Assembly (NCBI GenBank): GCA_947629815.1
Contig: CANRFG010000001.1
Location: forward strand, 27,468-91,467
Direction: 5' to 3'
DNA from: an uncultured Bacilli bacterium
Lineage (GTDB): Bacteria > Bacillota_I > Bacilli_A > RF39 > UBA660
DNA: 64,000 nucleotides
Shown: one piece after another, positions 1-10,620 of the stretch
Position numbering within the stretch: position 1 is the first letter of the stretch
Layout: every line of letters starts with the position of its first letter
The notes under the pieces: model-generated
The model's input: the letters and a program-made list of their open reading frames with translations, nothing else
Told to the model about the DNA's origin: nothing
Databases searched by the model: none
Program-made: the position numbers and the translations under genes

Positions 1-528
1 TTTTATATATACCATATATTTTGTTTCTCTTTTTAACACTTTACTATTTAAGTCATAATTATTTAGCATTTTTTTTATAAATTGTGCATAATCTTCACTT
101 TGAACTAAAAATTCTAAATGATATCTTGATTTCTTAGGGTCATTTATACTACCACATGAAATAAATAGTCCCCTTAAATATGCCCTCATTAAATTATCAT
201 CGGCTATTATATATTCAAATGGTATTCCTATTTCATCCATTCCTAAATAATTTAAAAATCTTTTTATATCGTATTTTGCTTCAATTATATATATATATGA
301 TTTATTATAGTTATATCCTTTTCTTACTGTTACTTTTGGAACAATTTTATAAATTTCTCTTTCTAAGCTATATATTCTTCTAGCGACACTTGCATTTTCA
401 GTAGTTATTTTTATTGTATCGTCTATTTGAGAAGAATTTGCCACTATCGATGATAGTTCTGATATTTTTTCGGCTTCTGTTACATTTAATTTGCTTATTT
501 CTGTTTTTATATTGCTTGTAAATGACAT
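1..528 (-). CDS. whiA: DNA-binding protein WhiA (5' part, runs off the window)
   Basis: Not in ORF track. Manual translation from ATG at 528: MSFTSNIKTEISKL...TENASVARRIY...YLRGLFISCGSINDPKKSRYHLEF; directly downstream of yvcK as in the conserved yvcK-whiA order. Confidence 0.92.
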   Translation of the reverse strand, partial: MSFTSNIKTEISKLNVTEAEKISELSSIVANSSQIDDTIKITTENASVARRIYSLEREIYKIVPKVTVRKGYNYNKSYIYIIEAKYDIKRFLNYLGMDEIGIPFEYIIADDNLMRAYLRGLFISCGSINDPKKSRYHLEFLVQSEDYAQFIKKMLNNYDLNSKVLKRETKYMVYIK

Positions 529-529
529 A

Positions 530-1477
530 CTATAACAAATATGTAAATATATTTAAAGCCACTTTAACAACATCATGTCTTAACATATCATCTTCTATTT
601 TTAAGAAATTATCTGATATTATTTGTGTTCCTAATTTTTCTACTTCTTTTTTATCAAAAATAACAGGGTCTTTTTGTTCTAAAGTTTGATATTTCTCTGC
701 TATATCCACATCAATATGCGCAGAATTTACAACTACTACATCTACTTTTCTTTTTCCTAAATATTTATTTAAAACTTTTATATGGTCGCTTACAGTAAAA
801 TCGTCTGTTTCCCCAGGTTGAGTTACCATATTACATATATACATTATTTTTGCTTTTGTATTTTCTAAAGCTTTTTTTATTTCTGGTGATATTAAATTTG
901 GTATTATGCTTGTATATAAACTTCCCATACTTAATATTATTAAGTCAGCCTCTTTTATTGATTTAATTGCTTCTGGTGTTATTTTGGGATTTTCTTTATA
1001 ATAAACTTCTTCTATTTTTTTATTTGCTTTCGTTATATAATGTTCTCCTTCAACTATAGTTCCATCAGTCATTTTTGCAACGAGTGTTATATCCCCTTTT
1101 TCTGTTAAAGGTAACACCTTTCCTTTTAAATTTAAAACTTTTCCTAGTGCTTCTATACCATCTGACATAGAACCTGTTATATCTGACATTGCTTGTAATA
1201 AGAAATTACCTACTACATCGCCATCTATATAACCATTTGATTTAAACCTATAATTGAACATTTTTTCAAATAATGGTTCTGTTTCTGATAAAGAAATTAA
1301 AACTCTTCTTATATCGCCAACAGCTGGTGTATTAAATTCTTTCCTAAGTTTTCCTGTACTACCTCCATCATCACATACTGAAACAATAGCAGTTAAATCA
1401 ACAGGAAACTGTTTTAGGCCTCTAAGTAAAGTGGACATTCCATTCCCACCACCTAGGACAACTATTTTTTTATTCAT
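530..1477 (-). CDS. yvcK: YvcK/CofD-like UDP-GlcNAc-binding gluconeogenesis/morphogenesis factor
   Basis: KIVVLGGGNG, VSVCDDGGSTG, GDIRR, GSLYTSIIPNL, NMVTQPGET motifs; start placed at the ATG after GAGGTG. Confidence 0.93.
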   Translation of the reverse strand: MNKKIVVLGGGNGMSTLLRGLKQFPVDLTAIVSVCDDGGSTGKLRKEFNTPAVGDIRRVLISLSETEPLFEKMFNYRFKSNGYIDGDVVGNFLLQAMSDITGSMSDGIEALGKVLNLKGKVLPLTEKGDITLVAKMTDGTIVEGEHYITKANKKIEEVYYKENPKITPEAIKSIKEADLIILSMGSLYTSIIPNLISPEIKKALENTKAKIMYICNMVTQPGETDDFTVSDHIKVLNKYLGKRKVDVVVVNSAHIDVDIAEKYQTLEQKDPVIFDKKEVEKLGTQIISDNFLKIEDDMLRHDVVKVALNIFTYLL

Positions 1478-1543
1478 TGTCATCACCTCATTAATTATAC
1501 AATATATTTAAAATTTAAACAAATAAAAAAGGAATTATAATTC

Positions 1544-2458
1544 CTAATATATTTTATTACTTTTATGTGTTTGGTTGATTTTTCTTGGTAATATTATAAT
1601 TATAATACCTATTATTATTAATAATATTGATATTACTTGTGCTTGTTTTAATATTCCAAATAACATTAAACTATCTTGTCTTAAGCTTTCTATCATGAAT
1701 CTTCCAATACTATACCAAATAAAGTATATTCCTGTTAATTGTCCATTTTTTAATGATTTTGTAATTTTAAATGTAATTAAAATTATAAATCCTAATACAT
1801 TCCATAATGATTCATATAAAAATGTTGGATGATGGTAAACTCCATTTATATTCATTCCATCTATTATAAATTGTGGTAGATGTAGATTTGATATATTTTG
1901 AATAATAAATATTGGTCCATTTATTAATGTTTGAAAAACATTAATATTAAGTATGTTTTCTATAAATATTATTGGGCCTGTTACTATGTGTTCTGGTATA
2001 TGAAGTTGTTGTAAATCGTATAATGATATAGCAGGGCCATATGCCTCTCCATTCATGAAATTTCCCCATCTACCTATTGCTTGTCCTATTATTAATCCAA
2101 GTACTATCATATCTGTTATTTTTAATGTTGGAATTTTATTTTTCTTTGTTAATACTAATACTGTTATTAAACCTGCAATTATTCCCCCATGTATTGCAAG
2201 TCCACCTTCCCATACTTTAAATATATCAATTGGATTATTAATATATTGTTGATATTCAAATATTACATAATATATACGGGCTCCTATTAAACCAAATATT
2301 ACTGTATAAAAGAACAGATTCTCTATAAAAGTAATTGATACTTTTTCTTTTTTTAATTGTATATATACGATTAAGCAAGCTGTTATTATAGCAAGTAAAA
2401 TAAATATAGAATACCAATAAATAGAAATATTGCCTATTTTTAAAAATATAGGGTTCAT
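1544..2458 (-). CDS. lgt: Prolipoprotein diacylglyceryl transferase with an internal insertion
   Basis: GARIYYV, WEGGLAIHGG, QAIGRWGNFMNGE, HPTFLYES, RFMIESLR motifs. Confidence 0.95.
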   Translation of the reverse strand: MNPIFLKIGNISIYWYSIFILLAIITACLIVYIQLKKEKVSITFIENLFFYTVIFGLIGARIYYVIFEYQQYINNPIDIFKVWEGGLAIHGGIIAGLITVLVLTKKNKIPTLKITDMIVLGLIIGQAIGRWGNFMNGEAYGPAISLYDLQQLHIPEHIVTGPIIFIENILNINVFQTLINGPIFIIQNISNLHLPQFIIDGMNINGVYHHPTFLYESLWNVLGFIILITFKITKSLKNGQLTGIYFIWYSIGRFMIESLRQDSLMLFGILKQAQVISILLIIIGIIIIILPRKINQTHKSNKIY

Positions 2459-2459
2459 A

Positions 2460-2861
2460 TTATTTTTCCTTTCTAAATAGCCAATCTATTATTTCATTCA
2501 TTATAAAATTCATAATTGAAATCAAAATCGCTATTAAAAATGCTAGAAATATATTTCCTGTAATATTAAAGTGATTTCCCAATATAAATGAAACTGAATA
2601 TAAAATCAATATGTTAATGAATGGATAGAAAAGTCCTAAAGTTATGCCTGTTATTGGGAGTGTTAACCAAAATAAAAGTGGTTTTACTGTTTTATTTAAT
2701 AAATAAATTATTATTGATATTAATAAACACCATATTCCATAATTAGAATTATCAATGTATATGCTTTTTTTAAATATAATTGATATAGTCATTAATATTA
2801 AAGCATATCCTAATATTTTACAAATCCATTTAACAATAGTAATTGGCTTTATATTTTTCAT
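2460..2861 (-). CDS. 4-TM phage-holin-family (YvlD-like) membrane protein
   Basis: NKTVKPLLFWLTLPITGITLGLFYPFIN motif; position between uvrB and lgt as for Bacillus yvlD. Confidence 0.75.
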   Translation of the reverse strand: MKNIKPITIVKWICKILGYALILMTISIIFKKSIYIDNSNYGIWCLLISIIIYLLNKTVKPLLFWLTLPITGITLGLFYPFINILILYSVSFILGNHFNITGNIFLAFLIAILISIMNFIMNEIIDWLFRKEK

Positions 2862-2899
2862 AGTCCATCTCCAATATAATTATACCATTTATTTTATAT

Positions 2900-4846
2900 C
2901 TAATTACTACTTTTTAATTCAAATAATGCATCTCTTAATTCCATTGCTCTTTCAAAGTCTAATTCTGAAGCTGCTTTTTTCATTTCTTCTTCTATTTTAA
3001 TAATTAATTGTTGTTTATCTTTTTTAGACATTTTTTCTTCTGTTTTTATTTCTTCATTATTTGATACTACATCTCTTATTTCTTTTATTATTGTTTTTGG
3101 AGTAATATTATTTTTTATGTTGTATTCGTTTTGTATTGTTCTTCTTCTTTCTGTTTCTTTTATTGCAATATCCATAGATTCACTTATAGTATCTGCATAC
3201 ATTATAACATGTCCTTCGCTATTTCTTGCAGCTCTTCCTATTGTTTGTATTAAACTCCTTGAACTTCTAAGGAATCCTTGTTTATCTGCATCCATTATCG
3301 CTATCAAGCTTACTTCTGGTATATCTAATCCTTCACGAAGTAAATTTATACCTACTAAAACATCATATTTACCTATTCTTAAATCTCTAATTATTTTTAA
3401 TCTTTCTAATGTTTTTACTTCACTATGTAAATAAGCGACTTTTATGTTTAATTTTTTTAAGTAATTTGTTAATTCTTCTGCCATTTTTATTGTAAGTGTT
3501 GTTACTAATGTTCTTTCGTTTTTTTCTATTCTTTTATATATTTGTTCTATTAAATCATCTATTTGATTTTTAGTTGGTTTTACTTCAATTGTTGGGTCTA
3601 ATAATCCTGTTGGCCTTATTATTTGTTCTACTATTCTGTTATTTGATTTTTCTATTTCATATTCATTTGGTGTCGCTGAAACATATATTACATCATCTAT
3701 TTTGCTTTCAAATTCATCAAATTTTAGTGGCCTATTATCTAATGCACTAGGTAATCTAAATCCATAATCAACAAGTACTTGTTTTCTAGCTCTATCTCCA
3801 TTAAACATTCCTCTTACTTGTGGTAGTGTTACATGTGATTCATCTATTACGAGTAAAAAGTCTTTTCCAAAGAAATCCATAAGTGTTGTTGGAGTTTCTC
3901 CTGGTTTCTTTAACGCTAAATGACGAGAATAGTTTTCAACTCCTCTACAAAATCCTGTTTCTGATAATAATTCCATATCATAATTTGTTCTTTCCATTAA
4001 TCTTTGATGTTCGATATATTTGTTTTCTTTTTTAAAGTATTCTAATCTTTCTTGTAATTCTTCATTTATATTTTTAACTGCTTGTTTTAATCTTTCTTCA
4101 CTTGTTACGAAATGACTTGCTGGAAATATTGTAATGCTTTTTTTTACGCTTGTAACTGCTCCTGTTACTGTATCAAATTCGCAAAGTCTTTCTATTTCAT
4201 CTCCAAAAAATTCTATTCTTACTCCTTTGTTGTGAAAACTTATTGGAATTATTTCTATTATATCTCCTCTTACTCTAAATGTTCCTCTTTTAAAGTCTAT
4301 ATTATTTCTTTCATATAGCATATCTATTAATTTTTCTAGTATCTGTTCTCTTTCGATAGTTTGTCCTGTAGATAGTACAAGTAAATGATTTTTATATTCT
4401 TCTATTTCACCTATTCCATATATACATGAAACTGAGGCAACTACTATAACATCTTTACTATTTAAAAGCGCTGCTGTTGCTGAATGTCTTAATTCGTCTA
4501 TTTCATCGTTTATTGATGCATCTTTATCTATATAAGTATCTGTTTTTGCAACATATGCTTCTGGTTGATAGTAATCATAGTATGAAACAAAATATTCAAC
4601 ATGGTTTTCTGGAAATAGTTCTTTTAGTTCTGAATAAAGTTGTCCTGCTAGAGTTTTATTATGAGCAAGTACTAGAGTTGGTTTATTAATTTCTTTAATT
4701 ACATTTGCGATTGTAAATGTTTTTCCTGTTCCTGTTGCGCCTAATAGTACTTGATGTTTTTTTCCTGTTTTTATTCCTTCTACTAATGCTTCTATTGCTT
4801 CTGGTTGGTCTCCACTAGGTTTGTATTTTGAAACTAATTTGAACAT
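2900..4846 (-). CDS. uvrB: Excinuclease ABC subunit B
   Basis: GATGTGKT Walker [28 protein letters not shown]-terminal UVR coil FERAMELRD. Confidence 0.98.
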   Translation of the reverse strand: MFKLVSKYKPSGDQPEAIEALVEGIKTGKKHQVLLGATGTGKTFTIANVIKEINKPTLVLAHNKTLAGQLYSELKELFPENHVEYFVSYYDYYQPEAYVAKTDTYIDKDASINDEIDELRHSATAALLNSKDVIVVASVSCIYGIGEIEEYKNHLLVLSTGQTIEREQILEKLIDMLYERNNIDFKRGTFRVRGDIIEIIPISFHNKGVRIEFFGDEIERLCEFDTVTGAVTSVKKSITIFPASHFVTSEERLKQAVKNINEELQERLEYFKKENKYIEHQRLMERTNYDMELLSETGFCRGVENYSRHLALKKPGETPTTLMDFFGKDFLLVIDESHVTLPQVRGMFNGDRARKQVLVDYGFRLPSALDNRPLKFDEFESKIDDVIYVSATPNEYEIEKSNNRIVEQIIRPTGLLDPTIEVKPTKNQIDDLIEQIYKRIEKNERTLVTTLTIKMAEELTNYLKKLNIKVAYLHSEVKTLERLKIIRDLRIGKYDVLVGINLLREGLDIPEVSLIAIMDADKQGFLRSSRSLIQTIGRAARNSEGHVIMYADTISESMDIAIKETERRRTIQNEYNIKNNITPKTIIKEIRDVVSNNEEIKTEEKMSKKDKQQLIIKIEEEMKKAASELDFERAMELRDALFELKSSN

Positions 4847-4879
4847 TTTATCACCCGCTTTATAAATTTTTGTAACATT

Positions 4880-4908
4880 ATTTTATCACTTATTATAAAA
4901 CAAAACAA
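4880..4908 (-). promoter_or_regulatory. sigma-A promoter of uvrB
   Basis: TTGTTT-17 bp-TAAAAT with extended TG; same spacing kept in copies 2 and 3. Confidence 0.65.
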
Positions 4909-4931
4909 GAAAACAGATATATGTTTCCTTG
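4897..4931 (-). terminator. Intrinsic terminator overlapping the uvrB -35 box
   Basis: CAAGGAAACA-TATATC-TGTTTTCTTG then TTTTGTTTT; the single mismatch is a G-U wobble only on the minus-strand transcript. Confidence 0.65.
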
Positions 4932-4957
4932 CATTATTTTGAACTTTTTTTGCTATT

Positions 4958-5520
4958 TTATGTTAAAAATCTCTTTACCATAACATTCATATCTAAATCA
5001 TCTAATAATATAGCATTTTTATCTACTAAATTAGCTTTATGTTTAACTCTATCAATATAACTATTCATTTCATTAGTATAATCAATAATTATCTTATTTT
5101 TATCAAAATAGACATTAGATGTAATAATTGTTAATGCGTATCCTAATAACTTTGATACTGCCTTTAAATCAAAATTATTGATTAAAAGTAGAGTAGAATA
5201 AGCATTCCTTAGATCATGAAATCTAATTTTAGGTAAATTATTATCTTCTAATAGTTTTAAATAATACTTTCTGTGAAAATCTTTGCTTCTTGGTTTCCCA
5301 TAAGTAAAACAACATATATAGTTATGGTCATAAAAAGGATTAGTTTTGTCATTTATTCTTCTTTTTTTGTTTTTTTTCATTTTTGTCTTTCACTTATGAT
5401 AGTTTCAAATACCATATCAGGTATATCTAAAACTCTTTCACTATTATAAGATTTTAATTTAACCTCTTGTTTAGTAAACTTTTTTTAGGGCAATCATCTA
5501 TTGTATCATTTGTTTTTCTA
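4958..5520 (-). pseudogene. Tyrosine recombinase/integrase, C-terminal remnant
   Basis: KIRFHDLR (HxxR), KAVSKLLGY (His replaced by Tyr), TSNVY (catalytic Tyr); upstream broken frames read TKQEVKLKSYNSERVLDIPDMVFE; N-terminal half absent. Confidence 0.85.
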
Positions 5521-5525
5521 CCTAG

Positions 5526-5817
5526 TTACATTGTTAAATATAATTTTTTATTTATATAATCATCAGTACCATAATTAAAACCATTAAGGTTATCTTCTAA
5601 TTCAGATTTAGCTGTAAGCATAATTATTTTTACATCAATATTATTTTCTCTAATTATCTTTAAAATTTCAAAACCGCCAATAAAAGGTAAGATCGCATCT
5701 AAAATAATTAAGTTATAAATACCATTTAAAGCTATATCAAGCATATATTTTTCTTTTTTTACCTAGTCGAAATAATATCTCCTAAATTAAATTTATCTTC
5801 AATTATAAGTATCACAT
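5526..5817 (-). pseudogene. OmpR-family response regulator, frameshifted receiver-domain fragment
   Basis: ILIIEDKFNLG..., YNLIILDAILPFIGGFEILKIIR, IIMLTAK, YGTDDYI; broken start and no DNA-binding domain. Confidence 0.8.
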
Positions 5818-5907
5818 ATTATCACCACTATTTAGATTGTATCTTAGTTTTGTTAAGAAAACATTAAAACTAATTTGTTTTATTTCTTCATATATTGATT
5901 ATATAAA

Positions 5908-6237
5908 TTATCCTAATTTATATCCATTCGTAACTTTTTTTATCTAGGGTAATTAAAACAATCCCATCTTTACTATAGATTCCAAGAACTAATACTTCTG
6001 ATAAAAAATCATCAATTTGTTTAGGCGGAGAATTAATTACAGCTAAAACTTGTTTGCCAACTAATTCATTTATAGAATACACTTCTGTTATTTGTGCAGA
6101 AGATTTTTTAATACCAATATTATCTGCGAAATCTATTTCTAATTGATAAGCACTTTTTTAGTTTTTTCAAATACTTTAGCCTTTAGAATAGTCCCTACTT
6201 TATTATCTAATTTTATAAAATCTTCAAATTTAATCAA
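5908..6237 (-). pseudogene. csaA: CsaA/tRNA-binding OB-fold protein with two homopolymer frameshifts
   Basis: MIKFEDFIKLDNKVGTI / AYQLEIDFADNIGIKKSSAQIT...PPKQI...SEVLVLG / VTNGYKLG; -1 at the A6 run 6154-6159 and +1 at the A7 run 5935-5941. Confidence 0.85.
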
Positions 6238-6270
6238 TATCTCATCTCTTTCTTATTTAATTATGGCATA

Positions 6271-6300
6271 GAAAAAGTAGATTAATAAACTAATCTACTT
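6271..6300 (-). terminator. Intrinsic terminator closing the TIR-SPFH operon
   Basis: AAGTAGATTA-6 nt-TAATCTACTT perfect 10-bp stem running into a T tract on the minus strand. Confidence 0.75.
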
Positions 6301-6319
6301 AGTTAAATTTAAAAAGATT

Positions 6320-7519
6320 TTATTTTTTACTTTTAATGATGTTATTACGTTTCTTTATTAATTCTTTTATTTCTGAAGCTACATCTGAATCTATATTTGA
6401 AATTTTATCTTTAATTTCTTTTTCAATATCTTTTACTTCTTCAATAGAAACTGGATCAGAATAACGAATAATCTCTTTTAATTCATATTTATCTTCACTA
6501 TCAACACTATCTAGTATATTTAAAGTTTCCTCAATAAACATGGTTTGTTCTTTTACTTTATTTTCGTATTTTATACTTTGCTTTTTATTTATTTTTAAAA
6601 GAATTCCTAAAACAATATATATTAAGCTTGCAATAATTACTTGGATATAATAAATAACACTATAATTAATTGAGAAATATCCTATAACTAATAAATAAAG
6701 AATTGATACTATATATAATGCTACACTATTTGTTGTAGAATTTAAATTCTCATGTTTATCAATTAATACCATAATTAAATATAAAATGTAAGATATGCTC
6801 ATAACAATAACGATATGTGAATAAAAATAATCAACACCTTTTAAATTAATATTCGAAACACTTTCAGGAACATATATTTTAGAAATATTTTCTAAATCAA
6901 CATTAATACTAGTAACAGTGTAACCATTGATACTTACAGGAATAATAGTAGCATTATTAATACTAATACTTTTTGTTACTTCTATTTCGTCATTTTTTAA
7001 GTTATATTCTACTAAACCATTATAATTACTAAAATCTATATTAGTAGAATCATTTAACATAATAGCATCTACATTATCATCTGCTACTAAAGATTCACAG
7101 TAAGGAGATTTCATACATTCAATTTTGATATTTTCACTTTCAACATTCTTTACTTTATTTGAGATAACAATTGCCTCAATATTTTTGTTTTCAAATAAAC
7201 TATCGTTTATACTAACAACTTGATAACCGTCTATTTTTTCAGGTATAACTAGTTTTTTACTAATACCTGAATAAGAAACAATTTCTATACCGTCATCAGT
7301 TTTATTATATTCAAATTCTTCAATAGCAATATAAAATTCGTCTTCTTCACTTGAAGAAACTTTTTCTAAATTAAGAGAATGTTTATTTGCATATTTAGAA
7401 GCAAAACTATCATCTTTAGCATAAATTGTTAAATCTATTTTTGGAGCATTAAAATTGGTTATCAATAATATAGTTATTAAAATAATAAAGCCAACTAGTG
7501 AGGCAATAACTTTTTTCAT
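6320..7519 (-). CDS. Membrane protein: N-terminal anchor, two BspA/LRR-cap-like extracellular repeats, about 3 TM helices, cytoplasmic YSDP-motif coiled tail
   Basis: Repeats EYNKTDDGIEIVSYSGISKKLVIPEKIDGYQVVSI and EYNLKNDEIEVTK...IIPVSINGYTVTSI; ATG overlaps the SPFH gene stop (TAATG). Confidence 0.75.
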   Translation of the reverse strand: MKKVIASLVGFIILITILLITNFNAPKIDLTIYAKDDSFASKYANKHSLNLEKVSSSEEDEFYIAIEEFEYNKTDDGIEIVSYSGISKKLVIPEKIDGYQVVSINDSLFENKNIEAIVISNKVKNVESENIKIECMKSPYCESLVADDNVDAIMLNDSTNIDFSNYNGLVEYNLKNDEIEVTKSISINNATIIPVSINGYTVTSINVDLENISKIYVPESVSNINLKGVDYFYSHIVIVMSISYILYLIMVLIDKHENLNSTTNSVALYIVSILYLLVIGYFSINYSVIYYIQVIIASLIYIVLGILLKINKKQSIKYENKVKEQTMFIEETLNILDSVDSEDKYELKEIIRYSDPVSIEEVKDIEKEIKDKISNIDSDVASEIKELIKKRNNIIKSKK

Positions 7520-8586
7520 TATTTTACCTTCTTTCCACAACCAGAGCAAAATAATGAATCAGCCTCTAGTTTTCTTCCACAAAATCTACAGAAAGCAACA
7601 CCATTTGTTGTAGTAGCAAAAGCTCCAGTTACAGTATTGGATACTTTTTCACCAATATTACTACTAACTCCACTCATGACACCTAAACCAACACCAATAT
7701 TATTAAGTTGCCCTACAGCTTCGTTTTGAGCCCATGTTTTACTAACATCAAATTGCTTTTCTTCTTGATATGTATATCCTTCTTGCATACGTGCTTGTGC
7801 TTTAGCTTGTGAACCAATGGTTGTCTGTATTGCTTCTTTTTCTGCTTCAATTGTACCTATTTTTTTATCTATTTCGGCATTTGCTAGAACAACACCTTGC
7901 TTAAAGTATAATTCTTTAAATTGTAAATATTGCTTATCTTCCTCAGGCTTTGCAATATTTGTTACAAAGAATTTTTGTAATTTAATACCAAATTCATCAA
8001 AATCTTTTTGTAACATTTCCTTTAAAGTATCACTAATTTCATCTAATCTACTATCAATTTCAAAAATACAAATTTTTTCTTCTTTAATAATGTTTGTTAA
8101 ATAAGATTTAACTTTAACAAGAATTTGTGATGTGAAGAAATCATCGATACTTTCATTATCAAAATGATTTTTAATTCCTACTAATTTGGTAACAATTTTT
8201 CTAGAATCGTCAACTTGAAAACGAACTTCACCACATGCTCCTACTTTAATTGGAAAATTATAAATAGGCTCTAAAAATTCCAATTTAGATGGTGTTCCCC
8301 ATCTAAAGTTTTGAACACTTTTATCGATAAAATAAACATCGCAAGTAAAAGCACTTCTTCCACCAGTTGGAATATTAATAATCGACCTTAAAAGGGGAAT
8401 ATTGCCTGTCTCTAAAGTGTATTTGCCAGGTCCAAATAAATCTAAAGCTTTTCCCATTGAATAAAATAAAGCTTCTTGTGATTCGTCAACAATTAATTTT
8501 GAACCAGTATTAAAATTTCTTCTAGGATATCTAGATACTACAAATTTATCATCCTTAGTTTTTTTTATTACTTCAAAAATTGCCAT
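7519..8586 (-). CDS. SPFH/Band-7 (YdjI-like) protein with C-terminal zinc ribbon
   Basis: GSKLIVDESQEALF...LFGPGKYTLETGNIP, WGTP, coiled region, CRFCG...FCSGCG; RBS AGGAGG. Confidence 0.88.
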   Translation of the reverse strand: MAIFEVIKKTKDDKFVVSRYPRRNFNTGSKLIVDESQEALFYSMGKALDLFGPGKYTLETGNIPLLRSIINIPTGGRSAFTCDVYFIDKSVQNFRWGTPSKLEFLEPIYNFPIKVGACGEVRFQVDDSRKIVTKLVGIKNHFDNESIDDFFTSQILVKVKSYLTNIIKEEKICIFEIDSRLDEISDTLKEMLQKDFDEFGIKLQKFFVTNIAKPEEDKQYLQFKELYFKQGVVLANAEIDKKIGTIEAEKEAIQTTIGSQAKAQARMQEGYTYQEEKQFDVSKTWAQNEAVGQLNNIGVGLGVMSGVSSNIGEKVSNTVTGAFATTTNGVAFCRFCGRKLEADSLFCSGCGKKVK

Positions 8587-8595
8587 AATTACCTC

Positions 8596-10620
8596 CTAAT
8601 TTGCACTTAAATATTTTAAATAAACATCGCTTGCTGCACTGGCACAAACCCACCCTTCGATACCATTTGAAGTTGTTACTTTATACCAATTTCTTTTTTC
8701 CACAACAACTTTATAAGAACCAAAATTATCTGAAAAAATATCATCATTCCATCTTGTTTCAGTTATTTCTTCTATATAAGTATCATTAATGGTGAAAATA
8801 TCGCCTTCTTTTGCGACTGCGAGTGAAGAAGAATTTTTACTATGGTCTTTTCTGATATTTAAAGTTTCGGTTATTACCTCAACTTGATTAACAGATGTAT
8901 CACGACTATTTGAATAATGAAATTTACTAGAACATTCTTCATCATCTTCACCACATATTATTTCATAATCATACCCATTATAGTGATTATAATTTTTCTC
9001 TCCCAAATATAAGTATCCTTCAATACCTTTATTTGTTTTAATTTTTGCAAAGCCATAAAATGATAAATCATCGCTTTGTTTTAATTCATCAAAATCTAAA
9101 ATATCATAATAGTCTCCACCTCTTACAGAAGCTAAAATTTTACTATCTAAATTATCACTAGCATATATTTTTTTATGCCCTAAAACATATATTTGATTTA
9201 CTGAACTATCTTTTCCATTACTTTGACGATAAGGTAAACGATTCCAAATTTTTAATGCAATTAAAGCATATATAATAACTATTATAATTAATAAAATGAT
9301 TGGAACTCTTTTGGTAAATCGATTATCTTTGTTTTTTTCTTTTGCTTTATAATGTTCACGTAAATAATTATTTTTTATAATTTGTTTATCTCTTTCTTCA
9401 GCATTCATAATTGATTTGGATGACATATTTAAATTCCATTTAGGAACAATAAAATATGATACCAAAAGAACAGCAATATCAAGACCATAATCAAGAATAA
9501 AATAGCTAATTTTACCAGGAACCAGATAACTATTCAAATATAAAGCAAATTTTATAGTTAAAGCAAAGATAAGAAATGGTAAAAACTTTTTAGCTATTTT
9601 GTGTGTTTTCCTATGAATAAATAAGCAAGCGACATAACTAGCTAAAAAAAGAATATATAAAAGTGAAACTATGAATAATTCTTTATTATAAGAGAATGAG
9701 ACACGCTCAAAAGTCAATAATGAGACTGGATTACATACAGCAATAACTATCAATTTAAAAAATGAATAAAAGAAGATTGTTACAATACATAATATATAGT
9801 ACCAAACAGGTAAATTTTCTTTAACGATATTTACTTCATATTGACCATTTCCAACACTTCTAGATTCTTCTAAAGCTTTTTGTACTTTGGCAACCGTTTC
9901 AGCATCAATATCATCAACTTCGACATTTTTATATTCATCAACAATTTTTTTTACCCCACGTGTCAAATCTTGGATAGCTCCAACTTTATCCATCGATTGA
10001 GCTTGTAACATAGCAAATTCTTCTGGTAACTTATAAGCATCAATCTTGCTATAAACAGGAATCAAAGTTTTGCCTTTGTCAGTTTCCATCATTTCTAGAT
10101 AACGTCTCCACTCATTTTTTACCCATACAGCATTAAAGTTATCGATATCAGTACCAACGACAAGCATAACTTTAGAACTCTTTAAAGCTGAGTATATATA
10201 TGGTTCATATTCAACACCTAATTTATTTTCTAAAGTTATACGAGCAAAAAAGACTTTTAAGCCAACTGAGGTAAGCTTATCATATATATCTTGAGCAATT
10301 ACTGAATCATGTGTTCTCTCACCATTATTATCAGTTTCCTTATAACAGATAAATACATCGTATGGTTTTTCTTTAGAAGAAATTTTTAAGATACCTTTTT
10401 GTATATCATCTATTTGTTTAGCTTCAGCTTCATATAACGCTAAGGCATCACCATATGAATGTTTTTTTATAATTTTATAATCACTATCAGTAAAAATAGA
10501 ATAATCTCTAGTTCTATGACAAGTTGGTACTTTTTTCTTTGTTTTTGGATCATCGACATATTCAACACCATACTTACAAAGAATCAAACCCCAATGAGCT
10601 TCTACTTGTTTATTGTCCAT
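8596..10620 (-). CDS. TIR-domain membrane protein (TIR, about 5 TM, two SH3b-like domains); ORF downstream of a premature stop
   Basis: YDVFICYKE...KVFFARITLE...WVKNEWRRY (catalytic Glu kept); five hydrophobic segments; SH3b-like repeats ending KIKTNKGIEGYL and YKVTTSNGIEGWV. Confidence 0.88.
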   Translation of the reverse strand: MDNKQVEAHWGLILCKYGVEYVDDPKTKKKVPTCHRTRDYSIFTDSDYKIIKKHSYGDALALYEAEAKQIDDIQKGILKISSKEKPYDVFICYKETDNNGERTHDSVIAQDIYDKLTSVGLKVFFARITLENKLGVEYEPYIYSALKSSKVMLVVGTDIDNFNAVWVKNEWRRYLEMMETDKGKTLIPVYSKIDAYKLPEEFAMLQAQSMDKVGAIQDLTRGVKKIVDEYKNVEVDDIDAETVAKVQKALEESRSVGNGQYEVNIVKENLPVWYYILCIVTIFFYSFFKLIVIAVCNPVSLLTFERVSFSYNKELFIVSLLYILFLASYVACLFIHRKTHKIAKKFLPFLIFALTIKFALYLNSYLVPGKISYFILDYGLDIAVLLVSYFIVPKWNLNMSSKSIMNAEERDKQIIKNNYLREHYKAKEKNKDNRFTKRVPIILLIIIVIIYALIALKIWNRLPYRQSNGKDSSVNQIYVLGHKKIYASDNLDSKILASVRGGDYYDILDFDELKQSDDLSFYGFAKIKTNKGIEGYLYLGEKNYNHYNGYDYEIICGEDDEECSSKFHYSNSRDTSVNQVEVITETLNIRKDHSKNSSSLAVAKEGDIFTINDTYIEEITETRWNDDIFSDNFGSYKVVVEKRNWYKVTTSNGIEGWVCASAASDVYLKYLSAN

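Larger units (their letters stand above)
4587..4942 (-). repeat. uvrB 5'-end/promoter/terminator block, copy 1 (functional copy)
   Basis: Near-identical to 11286-11472 and 12820-13174, degenerate match at 13985-14064 (compared by eye). Confidence 0.95.

Noticed and set aside
4906-4931. Palindrome at the uvrB promoter read as a LexA/SOS box
   Set aside because: Arms are spaced AAAC-N8-GTTT (N6 in copy 4), not the Firmicute GAAC-N4-GTTC; the G-U wobble and following T tract fit an intrinsic terminator better. DNA-damage inducibility of this promoter is therefore unproven.
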